Under the pieces are notes generated by a model. The model had not been told where the DNA came from. It was given only the letters and a program-made list of their open reading frames with translations, and searched no databases. From IMG/VR virus record IMGVR_UViG_3300022701_000176: a DNA stretch of 64,000 nt. One strand, 5' to 3'. Below, in pieces: positions 28,287 to 38,139 of the stretch. The translations under genes were made by a program, and so were the position numbers. The DNA comes from a virus. Taxonomy: Duplodnaviria > Heunggongvirae > Uroviricota > Caudoviricetes. Each line of letters opens with the position of its first letter. Position 1 is the stretch's first letter.

Positions 28287-29333
28287 ATGAAAACAGAACA
28301 CAGTCTATATTATGGTCATTCAAAAGAGTTACTTAAATCAACAGCTTCAGATTGTGTTGATTTAATAGTAACATCTCCACCATATCCCATGATTAAAATG
28401 TGGGATGATATATTTATAGATCAAGAACCATTACTGAAACAATATTTAAATGATGGTTATGGTAAAGATGCATTTAATGCAATTCATAATAATATATTAA
28501 CTCCAATATGGATTGAATCATATAGAGTTCTTAAAGAAGGTGGTATATTATGTATAAATATAGGAAATGCAGTAAGAACATTAAATAGTAATTTTAGAAT
28601 GTATGATAATTGTTCAAGAATATCTAATACTTTGAATAATATGCGACTATTAGTTCAATTACCATCTATAATATGGAGAAAACCAACAAATTCACCAAAT
28701 AAATTCATGGGATCTGGAATGTTACCAGTTGGTGCATATATAACATTAGAGCATGAATTTGTATTGATATTTAGAAAAGGTGAGAAAAGAAAGTTTAATG
28801 GTGTAGAACAAGATATAAGACGAGAGAGTGCAATATTTTGGGAAGAAAGAAATAAATGGTTTTCAGATGTTTGGACTGATCTCCCTGGGATATCACAAGA
28901 TTTAAACAATAAAGAAACAAGAAAAAGAAGTGGTGCATATCCACTTGATTTACCATATCGATTGATAAATATGTTTTCTATAAAAGGAGATACTGTTCTT
29001 GATCCATTTCTTGGAACTGGTACAACTATGATTGCTGCTATGGCTTCAGAACGAAACAGTATTGGTTTAGAATTAGATAAAACTCTTGAACCAATAATAA
29101 ATATTTATATGAATAATTTGAAAAATATAAGTGATCTAATTATAAAAGAAAGATTGTTAAATCATAAAGCATTTGAAACACGTATGTCTAATGATAATAA
29201 AGAACTTAAATATAATAATAGATATCATGATACGCGAGTTGTATCAAAACATGAAAGATTTATTAAACTGAAGCATGTAAACAAAATAAATAAAAAAACA
29301 CCAACTAAATTTGAAGTAACATATGGTAAGTGA
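28287..29333 (+). CDS. DNA methyltransferase, beta-class amino-MTase (N4-cytosine or N6-adenine)
   Basis: Motif IV DLIVTSPPY is near the N-terminus and motif I LDPFLGTGTT near the C-terminus, a beta-class permutation. No adjacent endonuclease was recognised. Confidence 0.7.
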   Translation: MKTEHSLYYGHSKELLKSTASDCVDLIVTSPPYPMIKMWDDIFIDQEPLLKQYLNDGYGKDAFNAIHNNILTPIWIESYRVLKEGGILCINIGNAVRTLNSNFRMYDNCSRISNTLNNMRLLVQLPSIIWRKPTNSPNKFMGSGMLPVGAYITLEHEFVLIFRKGEKRKFNGVEQDIRRESAIFWEERNKWFSDVWTDLPGISQDLNNKETRKRSGAYPLDLPYRLINMFSIKGDTVLDPFLGTGTTMIAAMASERNSIGLELDKTLEPIINIYMNNLKNISDLIIKERLLNHKAFETRMSNDNKELKYNNRYHDTRVVSKHERFIKLKHVNKINKKTPTKFEVTYGK

Positions 29334-29338
29334 TTATG

Positions 29339-29390
29339 ATATGCCGTGCGTATAAATACATATATACACACGGCATATTCTTTATTTTTC
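29339..29390. terminator. bidirectional terminator between convergent genes
   Basis: A 16-bp stem, ATATGCCGTGCGTATA / TATACACACGGCATAT with one mismatch, followed by TCTTTATTTTTC. Confidence 0.5.
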
Positions 29391-29630
29391 GTCACATATT
29401 TCAGCCATGACGAAATACTGGTCGTTTATATTTACGACCGTTTTTCCGTCGATGCATTTGACGGAATATGATACTTGTGAACTCGAAGAGTTTTTACACT
29501 CTTTGAGTTCATCATTCAACTCAAATATGTTGATCACCAAAACAACTATGATGATTAACTGAATCCATCCAATTAACCCAAGTACACTACTTCGGGTTAT
29601 TATTCCATTATCCTCTTCTCTTCTTCCCAT
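29382..29630 (-). CDS. small membrane protein
   Basis: Hydrophobic segment LGLIGWIQLIIIVVLVINIF. Confidence 0.4.
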   Translation of the reverse strand: MGRREEDNGIITRSSVLGLIGWIQLIIIVVLVINIFELNDELKECKNSSSSQVSYSVKCIDGKTVVNINDQYFVMAEICDEK

Positions 29631-29661
29631 TCCTATTCCTATTTCTCCTTTTCATTTATTA

Positions 29662-29889
29662 TTATTCTAAGCCCATGATTTCTTTCATTGTCATAAATTT
29701 CATGGGTTCAGAGTTAGTATTATCATATTTTTTTATTTTTTTATCTTCTTCTATTTTATTTTTTATATTATCTATCTTTTTCATTATTATTATTTGGTTA
29801 TGTATTATTTCATCTATTTCTTTTCTTATATTATGCGTCATTATTTTGAGTTTCCTCTTTACATTCTTCCGACAACTCATAATTATCAT
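29662..29889 (-). CDS. hypothetical protein
   Basis: ORF whose 5' end overlaps the next gene; the start is uncertain. Confidence 0.3.
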   Translation of the reverse strand: MIIMSCRKNVKRKLKIMTHNIRKEIDEIIHNQIIIMKKIDNIKNKIEEDKKIKKYDNTNSEPMKFMTMKEIMGLE

Positions 29890-30193
29890 TTACTTCGACT
29901 TCCCAATCTTCTAAATGTTCATTATCTACAGACGAGAAGCCATAGTTGAGCCAAGGTCCACCTTTAAAATGGTCTACCTTGTTTTGCTCATCAAGATCAA
30001 TAAACAATCTAAAAAATTGTTTATTAGTCTCTTCATTTATTTTTGGATGACCATTAATCTTTTTTATCTTTTCAAATAATTCTTTTCCATATACTAATTC
30101 AAAAAGATTTACGATGACATCAGTAGACTTAACCCCGTCTACTTTAAACATTTTTTCAATTTCTTCTTTTTCTAATTTGACGATTTTTTTCAT
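29831..30193 (-). CDS. hypothetical protein
   Basis: ORF with the promoter motif at about 30245-30270 in minus orientation. Confidence 0.4.
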   Translation of the reverse strand: MKKIVKLEKEEIEKMFKVDGVKSTDVIVNLFELVYGKELFEKIKKINGHPKINEETNKQFFRLFIDLDEQNKVDHFKGGPWLNYGFSSVDNEHLEDWEVEVNDNYELSEECKEETQNNDA

Positions 30194-30355
30194 TTTTAAT
30201 TTCTCCTTCTGTTATATAAAGTGATTAAAAAATTGGAACAAAATTTGATACTTAGAATTTAATATATATAATAGAAGAGATAAGGACAAATTATAAAATT
30301 TTAAACATTAATTAACCTATAGAGGGAATTTAAAATGTTTATTTCGGAATAGTTT

Positions 30356-30769
30356 TTGAATGAAAGTTTAATCAAAGATCAATCAGTAGTTGTAACAATC
30401 TTAAATTACAAAGATAACACTTATATATTTTTTAAGGGTGATTTACCAATAGGTAATATAAAATTTGGAATTATACTACCTGGAAGAGATAATATTCCTG
30501 TTAGAAATAAAAATTACAACGTATCAATATCGGCTGTATATAAAGCACATAAGTTATATAAAATGATAATTAAAAATAAAGCAGAAATTATAGATTCTGG
30601 ATTTGGAGATCTTAATTATGCATATTGGTCAGTTGATACAAATTTAATAAATTTACGTGGATTTAATAAAATGAACATAAATGGTATTCATTTTAAACAG
30701 GGATATTTTAAAAAAGCTTCTAACCATAAACTCATAGATATTAAAGAAATTGTCATGACAACTACTTAA
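30356..30769 (+). CDS. hypothetical protein
   Basis: 137-aa ORF opening a short plus-strand gene block. Confidence 0.4.
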   Translation: MNESLIKDQSVVVTILNYKDNTYIFFKGDLPIGNIKFGIILPGRDNIPVRNKNYNVSISAVYKAHKLYKMIIKNKAEIIDSGFGDLNYAYWSVDTNLINLRGFNKMNINGIHFKQGYFKKASNHKLIDIKEIVMTTT

Positions 30770-30805
30770 CATATATTTAAAGCATAAATAAATGGAATTA
30801 TTAAA

Positions 30806-31573
30806 ATGGAATATGTATCAGAACAATATATTATAAATGAACTTTTTTCTAAAAGTGATTTTAAAAAAACACTGGAATATATTAAGTCGAATAAGCGAGA
30901 ATTAACTGAATATATTTCATCAACAAGTAAAAATTTTACATCGGGAATAAATGATGTTAATAGAATTGGGAGAAAGATAGGAAAAGGTTTAGTTAATGAT
31001 ATAAATTCTAAAAATGATAGAAAAGTATCACAATCTTTAGATAAAGCTTCGCAGTTATTAGATACATTAATGGATAAATTATATACTACAATATTTAAAG
31101 AAATTGATGAAGATGCCGTACAAAAAGATAAAGGTTATACATTTATAGTATCTTTAAAGATGATGGTTATATTTATGGGAATAGGTGCATTCTTTAGAGG
31201 GATTTTATTTGCTATGAGATTTTCAAGAATTGGACCGATCATTGAACATTATGATAGACAATTAAAACATATAATAACTTCTATATCTGATGAATGTACA
31301 ATGTATTATTGTATTAAGTATAAAATTAGTGTTGGATTTTTATCTGGTGGTATATTTATAGGTAAAATTGGTGAAATACTTGGTACATTGTTTGCCAACA
31401 AAATGGATAAGAATTCTAACATACCATTACCATCTTTAAAATATCTAATTATAGATCTTGGCATTCAGAATTTTAATATTTTTATTCAAAAATATTTTAG
31501 AGAACATGATAGACCCGAAATTGGTCTTATTATAGCTATATTTTTAAGATTATCATATATAACAATAATATAA
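30806..31573 (+). CDS. membrane protein, degenerate paralog of 31596..32480
   Basis: Shares the N-terminus (MEYVSEQYIINELF versus MYVSEEYIFLELF) and C-terminal region (QKYFREHDRPEIGL versus QKYFNDHDKPGTGL) with the next gene, but lacks that gene's EEIGRH and HFSWN motifs. Confidence 0.4.
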   Translation: MEYVSEQYIINELFSKSDFKKTLEYIKSNKRELTEYISSTSKNFTSGINDVNRIGRKIGKGLVNDINSKNDRKVSQSLDKASQLLDTLMDKLYTTIFKEIDEDAVQKDKGYTFIVSLKMMVIFMGIGAFFRGILFAMRFSRIGPIIEHYDRQLKHIITSISDECTMYYCIKYKISVGFLSGGIFIGKIGEILGTLFANKMDKNSNIPLPSLKYLIIDLGIQNFNIFIQKYFREHDRPEIGLIIAIFLRLSYITII

Positions 31574-31595
31574 AATTAAAAATAAGGGGAATTGA

Positions 31596-32480
31596 ATGTA
31601 TGTATCGGAAGAATATATATTTTTAGAATTATTTGGTAGAGATAAAAAATATAGTTTTGATGAAATAATGGGTTATATAAGAGATAATAAAAATAAATTT
31701 GCTAAAGAATTAAAACAAAAGAGTGCTGGATTTAGATCTGGAATGAAAGAATTAAATTTCATTGCTAAAAAATCATCTAAAAATATTCGTAAACATATCG
31801 ATAATAAAGATGTTAAGGGTTTAAGTAATGAGATTGAATCAACTACTAAAACTGTTGATAACACAGTGATGAGAATGCTTATATCAATTAAAAAAGAGTA
31901 TATAACCACAGAGTCTTATGAGATAGTAGAAGATATTAATTATGAAAAAATTATAGAAAAACAAATGCTTGGTGCAGCAACATTTACACTAGTATTAGCA
32001 TTTAATACTTTTTGTCATTCAATAATTTCATATGTATTTTTTGGTAAATATGCAAAACAACAAAATTTAGATTTAACTAATCCGATTTTAATGGTTACTC
32101 CAGCCCAAAAGAAAAGATTAGACAGCGGTCAAAAAAATGTAATGAGTGTTATAACTTGGATAGTTGCACCCTTAAGTGAAGAGATTGGTAGACATTATGC
32201 TGTAAGAGTTGGATTGGGTCAAGAATTTACTAATGCTATTAATGCATTTGAATTTATTCAGTATATTAGAAAATATAGACATATTTTACCATTGGCGAAA
32301 CTTATTATTGCAAGATCACTTACTGCTGGAATGCATCAATTTAATTATTATGTTCAAAAATATTTTAATGATCATGATAAACCAGGAACTGGTTTAGCAT
32401 TAGCTATTCTTTTTCATTTTTCATGGAATTTTACTGCGATTGCAACAGGTCGAAAGAAAGCGGGACAAACCATTTTTTAA
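31596..32480 (+). CDS. membrane protein with CPBP/Abi (CAAX-protease-like) motifs
   Basis: LSEEIGRHYAV (EExxxR-like motif 1) and FHFSWNF (HxxxN) within hydrophobic segments. The assignment is tentative. Confidence 0.35.
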   Translation: MYVSEEYIFLELFGRDKKYSFDEIMGYIRDNKNKFAKELKQKSAGFRSGMKELNFIAKKSSKNIRKHIDNKDVKGLSNEIESTTKTVDNTVMRMLISIKKEYITTESYEIVEDINYEKIIEKQMLGAATFTLVLAFNTFCHSIISYVFFGKYAKQQNLDLTNPILMVTPAQKKRLDSGQKNVMSVITWIVAPLSEEIGRHYAVRVGLGQEFTNAINAFEFIQYIRKYRHILPLAKLIIARSLTAGMHQFNYYVQKYFNDHDKPGTGLALAILFHFSWNFTAIATGRKKAGQTIF

Positions 32481-32526
32481 CTATATATATCAAATATTGA
32501 TTTCTGTCGGAAGACAGTAGAGATAT
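32481..32526 (+). promoter_or_regulatory. promoter-like motif plus CTGTC-GGAA-GACAG stem-loop element (copy 3)
   Basis: ctatatatatcaaatattgatttCTGTCggaaGACAGtagagata. Confidence 0.4.
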
Positions 32527-32540
32527 GAAATATTTTTCAA

Positions 32541-32595
32541 AAAAAAAGAAAAGAATATTACGGGGTGGGGAAACCCCCACATCATCGTAATATTC
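32541..32595 (-). terminator. strong rho-independent terminator (nested GC hairpin)
   Basis: GAATATTACG GGGTGGGG aaa CCCCCAC atcat CGTAATATTC followed on the minus strand by TTTTCTTTTTTTTT. It overlaps the stop of the small minus ORF. Confidence 0.55.
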
Positions 32596-32716
32596 GAAAA
32601 TCGAAAAATTTGCTGATGGGGTGGAACAGGTTAAGGGTTAACATCGAAAATAGAATCGAATACGAATCAACATCGTATCGATTCTGACGATTTGCCGATT
32701 GTGTGGTGTTGGTCAT
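32582..32716 (-). CDS. 44-aa small ORF (absent from the ORF track)
   Basis: RBS TAGGAGAGAAAA, then ATG: MTNTTQSANRQNRYDVDSYSILFSMLTLNLFHPISKFFDFRILR. The promoter motif lies at about 32835-32860 in minus orientation. Confidence 0.35.
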   Translation of the reverse strand: MTNTTQSANRQNRYDVDSYSILFSMLTLNLFHPISKFFDFRILR

Positions 32717-32865
32717 TTTTCTCTCCTAATTGGTCAATGCGGTTTGGTCTTACCGTCATGATTGACAATAAAAATAATGACACATGTGTTCTGATATTAA
32801 TCACCTCCTTTATAGAACACGATTAAATGGTTTATGTTACAATTTAATATATATAATAAATAATG

Positions 32866-32905
32866 GGATGAGATGAATCCCACCCCATTATAATTTATAG
32901 CTTAT
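32866..32905 (-). terminator. terminator hairpin after the 864-aa gene
   Basis: The minus-strand RNA AUGGGGUGGGAU uc AUCUCAUCCCAU forms a 12-bp stem with two G-U pairs. Confidence 0.4.
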
Positions 32906-32911
32906 ATGCTA

Positions 32912-35506
32912 TTAAGATTTAAGATCTTCTTCATAGATGCCATCTGGTTTATTGGTAGATACAAATACATCACCCAATATATCTTTAGCGGCATCGATGT
33001 CTATATTTGATAATGCTTTGCGTACAACGTCTACTATGCTATCACCACCAAGAATACCACGTAACGATACATGTTTCGCCATATCTGTAGCAACATGTCG
33101 ATTTGAAATTGCTTGTATCACACCCATAAGTTCTGGTGATAATGCGCCGACTTGTTTGACAGCAGCAGCAGTTGCAATATTTATCAATTTTTCTCTCAGT
33201 TCTTGACGTATTGCTTCGTTACTTATTGCTTCAGCATTATTCTCTTTGGTTCTACTCAGTTCATGTTGAAAGATCACATCTTTAACTTTTTCAAGTTCAA
33301 TTCTGAAATCTTCATGTGCTTTCTGTTCAGTCTGCTGTGATTGAATATTGTGCATATTTAATTTCAATCTATTTTCAGATATTACCAATTGTTGATCAGT
33401 TTCTATATCACTAATATTCTTAGTTAATTCAGACTGTTGATTTTTCAACTGTTCTAATTGAGTAAGTTTATCATTCTTTTCTGTAATGAGTTTTATTTCA
33501 AACTCATTTGAAATGATATCAGTATTTAAATCATCTAATTGTCCGATAAATGAGCTATCTTCGAATCTTACTTTATTTATTTGGATAGCTTTTATTTCCA
33601 TATTATTATCATCAAATTTATTTCTTGCATCAGTTATGATTAGATCATTTAATATAGTAGTATAATTATAATACATATCTTCTGATGATGTTTCTAATAC
33701 TTTATTCTTGATTAATGATCTCATTTGTTCACAGAGAAAGAGAGGATAATTTGGAATGGAAAACCATTTAATTGGATCATCTCCAGTAAAGTTTACATGA
33801 TATCTTAATCTTATATTTACAATTTGACCATCAGAAGTTATACATTCAAATATGTCAGATATAAAATTATTCTTAATTTGGAGATAAACATCATTAACAA
33901 TATTATGTTCAGTTTTACATTTGCCAGTTGAAAATGTCAATATTTCTGGTAATTCATCAAATTTGAGATTATATGGTTTGTTTCCAACTACAACATGTCT
34001 ATCCCCACTCTCAGAAGCGATACACATGGCGTAGTTTTCAAATACACGAATATGAGGTGCACCAGAGAATTTGGTATCATCGAGTGATATCTCTCTTGGT
34101 TTCGTATATTTGACTTTACGTCGAATGGTTCTACCAAGATGTTCATCTGATATACCACCCTTTGATACTCCTCTTGTTCTAACTGAATCAGCAGATAAAT
34201 ATTGATCTTCTGTTCCAAGTTTATAATTTTTAAGAACTTCTGTGAATGAATCTTCGGATACCATTCCAGTATGTTGGTCTTTCGAAGATTTCCATAATTT
34301 CCTATTATATTCTATTACTTCATCATTTCCGGGATACAACAATTTTGCAGTTTTGATCGGAAGTGCTCTTCTTACAAACACTTCTTCGATGGGATTAAGA
34401 AGAGTGAGTGGTTTTGATTCATTTCTTATGTGTCCAGTTATTCTATCCATTACATATCGTTCGTGTCCAGGCTGAATAACTGTACCAAAATGAATCGGTT
34501 CACTATTTTCACCATATCTTATTATCGATTCATTTATATTTGGGAAATATATTCTTTGATCTGTAATGAATCTTTCATCTCCCATTTTATATTCAATACC
34601 ATTTTCATCAGTATATGATTCATTTACTTTTACATGAATACCTGCAACTGGTGGCAGTTCAAGAGCTTTATGAATGATATTTCCATTCTTGTCTGTTTCA
34701 AACTCTTCAGTTGGTTCAGGGACTACAATTACACCATTTGCATTCCCTTTTATGATTCGTGTCTTACCTGATTCATCTCTCAACATTACACATTGTATAG
34801 CTTCAAGACTTACGGCATTTCTTATATATTTATCGATACCATCATTATCATTATTCTTATATTCTGGATTTATTAATACTTGGAATCCATCATATGGAAT
34901 AAAGAACGGGAAATCAGAACCAGTTACATTAAATTTAACACCATTTTCAATATGATTTTCAAGTTTAAATTCTTCGTCTGGAATATCACGTTGAATAACT
35001 TTTTTGATGAAATATTGAATATTTTCATCTTCATATTTCAACGCTTTCAATGCTTGATCACGATCATATACTTCTATGACCAAGTAATTGTCGGTTCTCT
35101 GCTTATGACCTCTGATTCTCGTTGCAGATTGTCCGGGCCACAGTGGTTTATCGAATGGTCCACGAATGACAATTTTTTTACCAACCATTAATTTCATGTC
35201 AGCCGATCTACATTGAACTGAGTCTTTTTCTGGAGGGAATTCATCGTTTTCTGATGGATTTAGAAGCACAATATAGTATCCATTTGGAGCAACTATATTT
35301 TTAGTCATTGCTTCTCTGATAGATGCTTTTCTAAAATTTGTTCCATCTCCTGCTTTAGGGTCATATATAACCGGCACTTGACTTTTTTCAATTGTAACCT
35401 TCTTATCGCCTACAGTCATAGTTATAACTGCTGTAGATACATCCAATATACATAATGAAGATCCAAGAGGAACGGGAACTTCGCTGTTTTTGTAATCATC
35501 ATTCAT
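32912..35506 (-). CDS. large virion structural protein candidate (function unknown; C-terminal coiled coil)
   Basis: 864-aa ORF with its own terminator and a C-terminal heptad-rich region. No catalytic motif was recognised. Confidence 0.3.
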   Translation of the reverse strand: MNDDYKNSEVPVPLGSSLCILDVSTAVITMTVGDKKVTIEKSQVPVIYDPKAGDGTNFRKASIREAMTKNIVAPNGYYIVLLNPSENDEFPPEKDSVQCRSADMKLMVGKKIVIRGPFDKPLWPGQSATRIRGHKQRTDNYLVIEVYDRDQALKALKYEDENIQYFIKKVIQRDIPDEEFKLENHIENGVKFNVTGSDFPFFIPYDGFQVLINPEYKNNDNDGIDKYIRNAVSLEAIQCVMLRDESGKTRIIKGNANGVIVVPEPTEEFETDKNGNIIHKALELPPVAGIHVKVNESYTDENGIEYKMGDERFITDQRIYFPNINESIIRYGENSEPIHFGTVIQPGHERYVMDRITGHIRNESKPLTLLNPIEEVFVRRALPIKTAKLLYPGNDEVIEYNRKLWKSSKDQHTGMVSEDSFTEVLKNYKLGTEDQYLSADSVRTRGVSKGGISDEHLGRTIRRKVKYTKPREISLDDTKFSGAPHIRVFENYAMCIASESGDRHVVVGNKPYNLKFDELPEILTFSTGKCKTEHNIVNDVYLQIKNNFISDIFECITSDGQIVNIRLRYHVNFTGDDPIKWFSIPNYPLFLCEQMRSLIKNKVLETSSEDMYYNYTTILNDLIITDARNKFDDNNMEIKAIQINKVRFEDSSFIGQLDDLNTDIISNEFEIKLITEKNDKLTQLEQLKNQQSELTKNISDIETDQQLVISENRLKLNMHNIQSQQTEQKAHEDFRIELEKVKDVIFQHELSRTKENNAEAISNEAIRQELREKLINIATAAAVKQVGALSPELMGVIQAISNRHVATDMAKHVSLRGILGGDSIVDVVRKALSNIDIDAAKDILGDVFVSTNKPDGIYEEDLKS

Positions 35507-35559
35507 TGACCTCTCTCCTTTAATTTTAAAATTAAAATATTAACGTGTATATAAACACA

Positions 35560-36027
35560 TTAATCATAAGAAATAACTTTTTTAGTTTTTTCAACTATAT
35601 ATTTTACTTCTTTAATGATACATGATTTTGCTTTATATATAACACTTTCAACAATGTCATGTGCTAATCTATCAAAATCTTCCATAATGTCATCTGGAAC
35701 TTCATCATCTTCTATATCCTTTCCTGGATAACAAACTATTTGTTTATTTTTAACACCACCTTTATATAATACCAAATAACCACCACTTCGACCATTGAAG
35801 CCAGCTTGCCATTCAAAATCATGTTTTTCTCCAAAATTATGAATCATTATATTAATATCATCATAGAAATCTTCACATTCCATCATATCAAATACTTTAT
35901 CAGTTAAATCATTTGGTATGACATCCCATACTTTTAAATTATAAGCTGGTGCTTTAGACAAATTCCAACTATTCATTGTATGGTATCTTATTCTCTCCAA
36001 CCTTACTTTTTCTGTTTCTGTTTCCAT
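35560..36027 (-). CDS. hypothetical protein
   Basis: ORF with probable start METETEK; the track start 36069 overlaps the upstream gene. Confidence 0.35.
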   Translation of the reverse strand: METETEKVRLERIRYHTMNSWNLSKAPAYNLKVWDVIPNDLTDKVFDMMECEDFYDDINIMIHNFGEKHDFEWQAGFNGRSGGYLVLYKGGVKNKQIVCYPGKDIEDDEVPDDIMEDFDRLAHDIVESVIYKAKSCIIKEVKYIVEKTKKVISYD

Positions 36028-36218
36028 TTGATTGATTCCTTTTTCTCGTATGTTATACAATTTGAACACACACTATATTTATCAATATATTTTTTATCGA
36101 TTGGATATAATCGACTTTTACAGCGAGGGCAATACATATTGTCTCCTATATTATAATATAATAAATATATAACTTTATTATATTCCCAAGTCTCCTCTAA
36201 ATGCTCGTATCTTAGCAT
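36003..36218 (-). CDS. small zinc-ribbon protein
   Basis: CPRCKS...CSNC. Confidence 0.4.
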   Translation of the reverse strand: MLRYEHLEETWEYNKVIYLLYYNIGDNMYCPRCKSRLYPIDKKYIDKYSVCSNCITYEKKESIKWKQKQKK

Positions 36219-37419
36219 TACATACCCAAAGAACAGTATCTCTTTTCTTAAAAGTTAACATTGAACTACTAACTATATAGTTACCATCAAAATGTATGTA
36301 TTGGACAACGCGAGGCTTAAGTTGGATTGCTATTCCAACTTTTAATAGATTTTCTATTTTTAAATTTCTATCAAGAGTAAATTCTATTTCAGACATACTT
36401 GATATTTTACGTGCTATTCTTGATTTGAATATTGCTTCATTTTCTTCATTTCCAATTTCATTAATAGTATGATAATTAACACGATCTCCACTATTTAGAT
36501 GATGATACATCGTCTTGTTTTCAGCTACAGCATTACTTGAAAATACATCTTCTGATGATAGATTAACCCAACTGTATAATTTATTTATTGGTTTTGATAA
36601 AAACTTATTTTCAAATGCAGTTTGAGCAGTATCAAGAGTACCTCTCCCTACATGATTTATAGTTGATTGTGTATAAAATGTATCACCATAGCCAGTCTCT
36701 TCCATTATATCACTATCTGATTCACCTTGTGATAATTGATATACTTTATAAGCTATATTTCTCTGTTGTGATAAATCCCACATACAGAATACATTATCAT
36801 GTCTGCATTGAAAAAATAATGGGCCATTGTATACCCCAACACCTTCTCCATACATATCTTTTATTTTATTATCACTACCATCTATATATCTTATACAATC
36901 TATAAGAGACATTGGTGGTACAATATATTGAATATATGCTTCATTATTTTTATTCGTTTCATTTATATTTAATGTTATACTAGATACAAAATCTGATATT
37001 ATTGATTTTATCATTTCTATTGGTAATATATTTGATTGGAATAATTTATTGACAGTTGTTGTCATGAATTGAAACGGTTCTTTTGTAACACATACAAAAG
37101 TTACTCGTTCTTGAGTTGGGTGGGATGGTTCAATTGTTCCATGTATTTCGATAGGAGCATTTGATTTTAATGCTATTAATGTAAATTCAGTTGTTTCAAC
37201 TGGTTTTCTATCTTCAGTTGTCCAAGTTATAGATAATATTATATCGTTTTTACCAAAAATATCATAGACAGATACACTCTTTAAATCAATATCGAATGTT
37301 AATAAAAAAGTTTGATAAGGAACATTTATAGAGTTAACTATATTTATTTCACTTATGTTATTAGAGATATCAATATCTCCAACAACACAATTTATTCTAT
37401 AATATGCAATAGATTCCAT
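36178..37419 (-). CDS. hypothetical protein (possible structural)
   Basis: 413-aa ORF with a GGACAAAC motif 30 nt upstream. Confidence 0.4.
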   Translation of the reverse strand: MESIAYYRINCVVGDIDISNNISEINIVNSINVPYQTFLLTFDIDLKSVSVYDIFGKNDIILSITWTTEDRKPVETTEFTLIALKSNAPIEIHGTIEPSHPTQERVTFVCVTKEPFQFMTTTVNKLFQSNILPIEMIKSIISDFVSSITLNINETNKNNEAYIQYIVPPMSLIDCIRYIDGSDNKIKDMYGEGVGVYNGPLFFQCRHDNVFCMWDLSQQRNIAYKVYQLSQGESDSDIMEETGYGDTFYTQSTINHVGRGTLDTAQTAFENKFLSKPINKLYSWVNLSSEDVFSSNAVAENKTMYHHLNSGDRVNYHTINEIGNEENEAIFKSRIARKISSMSEIEFTLDRNLKIENLLKVGIAIQLKPRVVQYIHFDGNYIVSSSMLTFKKRDTVLWVCNAKIRAFRGDLGI

Positions 37420-37478
37420 GTAATTATCCCCTTTAGAATTTATGGTTTGTCCGTATCCTAAAGGGGATAATAACTATC

Positions 37479-37841
37479 TCATATGAACACTTTTAGGAAC
37501 TTCGTTCCTAAAGTTACTATAATATTCGCGATTATAGTATTTTTCAATATGTTTTTTTCGTCTGAGCTTGCCATTATCGATTTAGCGGCAATTATATGGG
37601 GTAATTCGAGAATACTATAATCACCAGATAAAATTGTCGATAAAATAACTTCCTTCTGACAATTGTACCCTTCCGAGTTTTCAACTTCATCCATAAGTTC
37701 AGACAAAACTTGTCTGAACGATTCATCTTTCATGTATTCAGACAATTTTGATTTAAAATTGTCCGATAATGGGCCTTCCTCTTGTGCTATCCTGTGCAGA
37801 TCAATAATACGATTATCATTCAACTCCACTTTAATACCCAT
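37479..37841 (-). CDS. hypothetical protein
   Basis: ORF with the promoter motif at 37893-37915 in minus orientation. Confidence 0.4.
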   Translation of the reverse strand: MGIKVELNDNRIIDLHRIAQEEGPLSDNFKSKLSEYMKDESFRQVLSELMDEVENSEGYNCQKEVILSTILSGDYSILELPHIIAAKSIMASSDEKNILKNTIIANIIVTLGTKFLKVFI

Positions 37842-37934
37842 CAGAAAAAATCCTTTCTCTTTAGATTAACTACATAATATTAAATTATAAGTTATATAAT
37901 TTAATATATATAATTCATGGAGTTGAATGATATT

Positions 37935-38138
37935 TTAATCTTTCTCCTTTTTTTCTCTATATGATAAATTAAACGTTTTGGAATCAGCATCATTCGTGAA
38001 ATCTATTGTAAGAATACCAACAGTGAAATCCAAGCATAAATCAATAGTAGCTTCTATATATTCGGTTATGTTGATTTTCATAGTTATTTCTTTAACGAGC
38101 GATTCCGCTATATAACATATAAGAGGTTTATCATTCAT
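37935..38138 (-). CDS. hypothetical protein
   Basis: 67-aa ORF in the minus-strand gene block, tightly followed by 38140..38550. Confidence 0.35.
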   Translation of the reverse strand: MNDKPLICYIAESLVKEITMKINITEYIEATIDLCLDFTVGILTIDFTNDADSKTFNLSYREKKEKD

Positions 38139-38139
38139 G

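Noticed and set aside
32912-35506. Calling the 864-aa protein the major capsid protein
   Set aside because: No motif-level support could be read from the sequence. The long C-terminal coiled coil is atypical for HK97-fold capsid proteins. It is left as an unassigned structural candidate.
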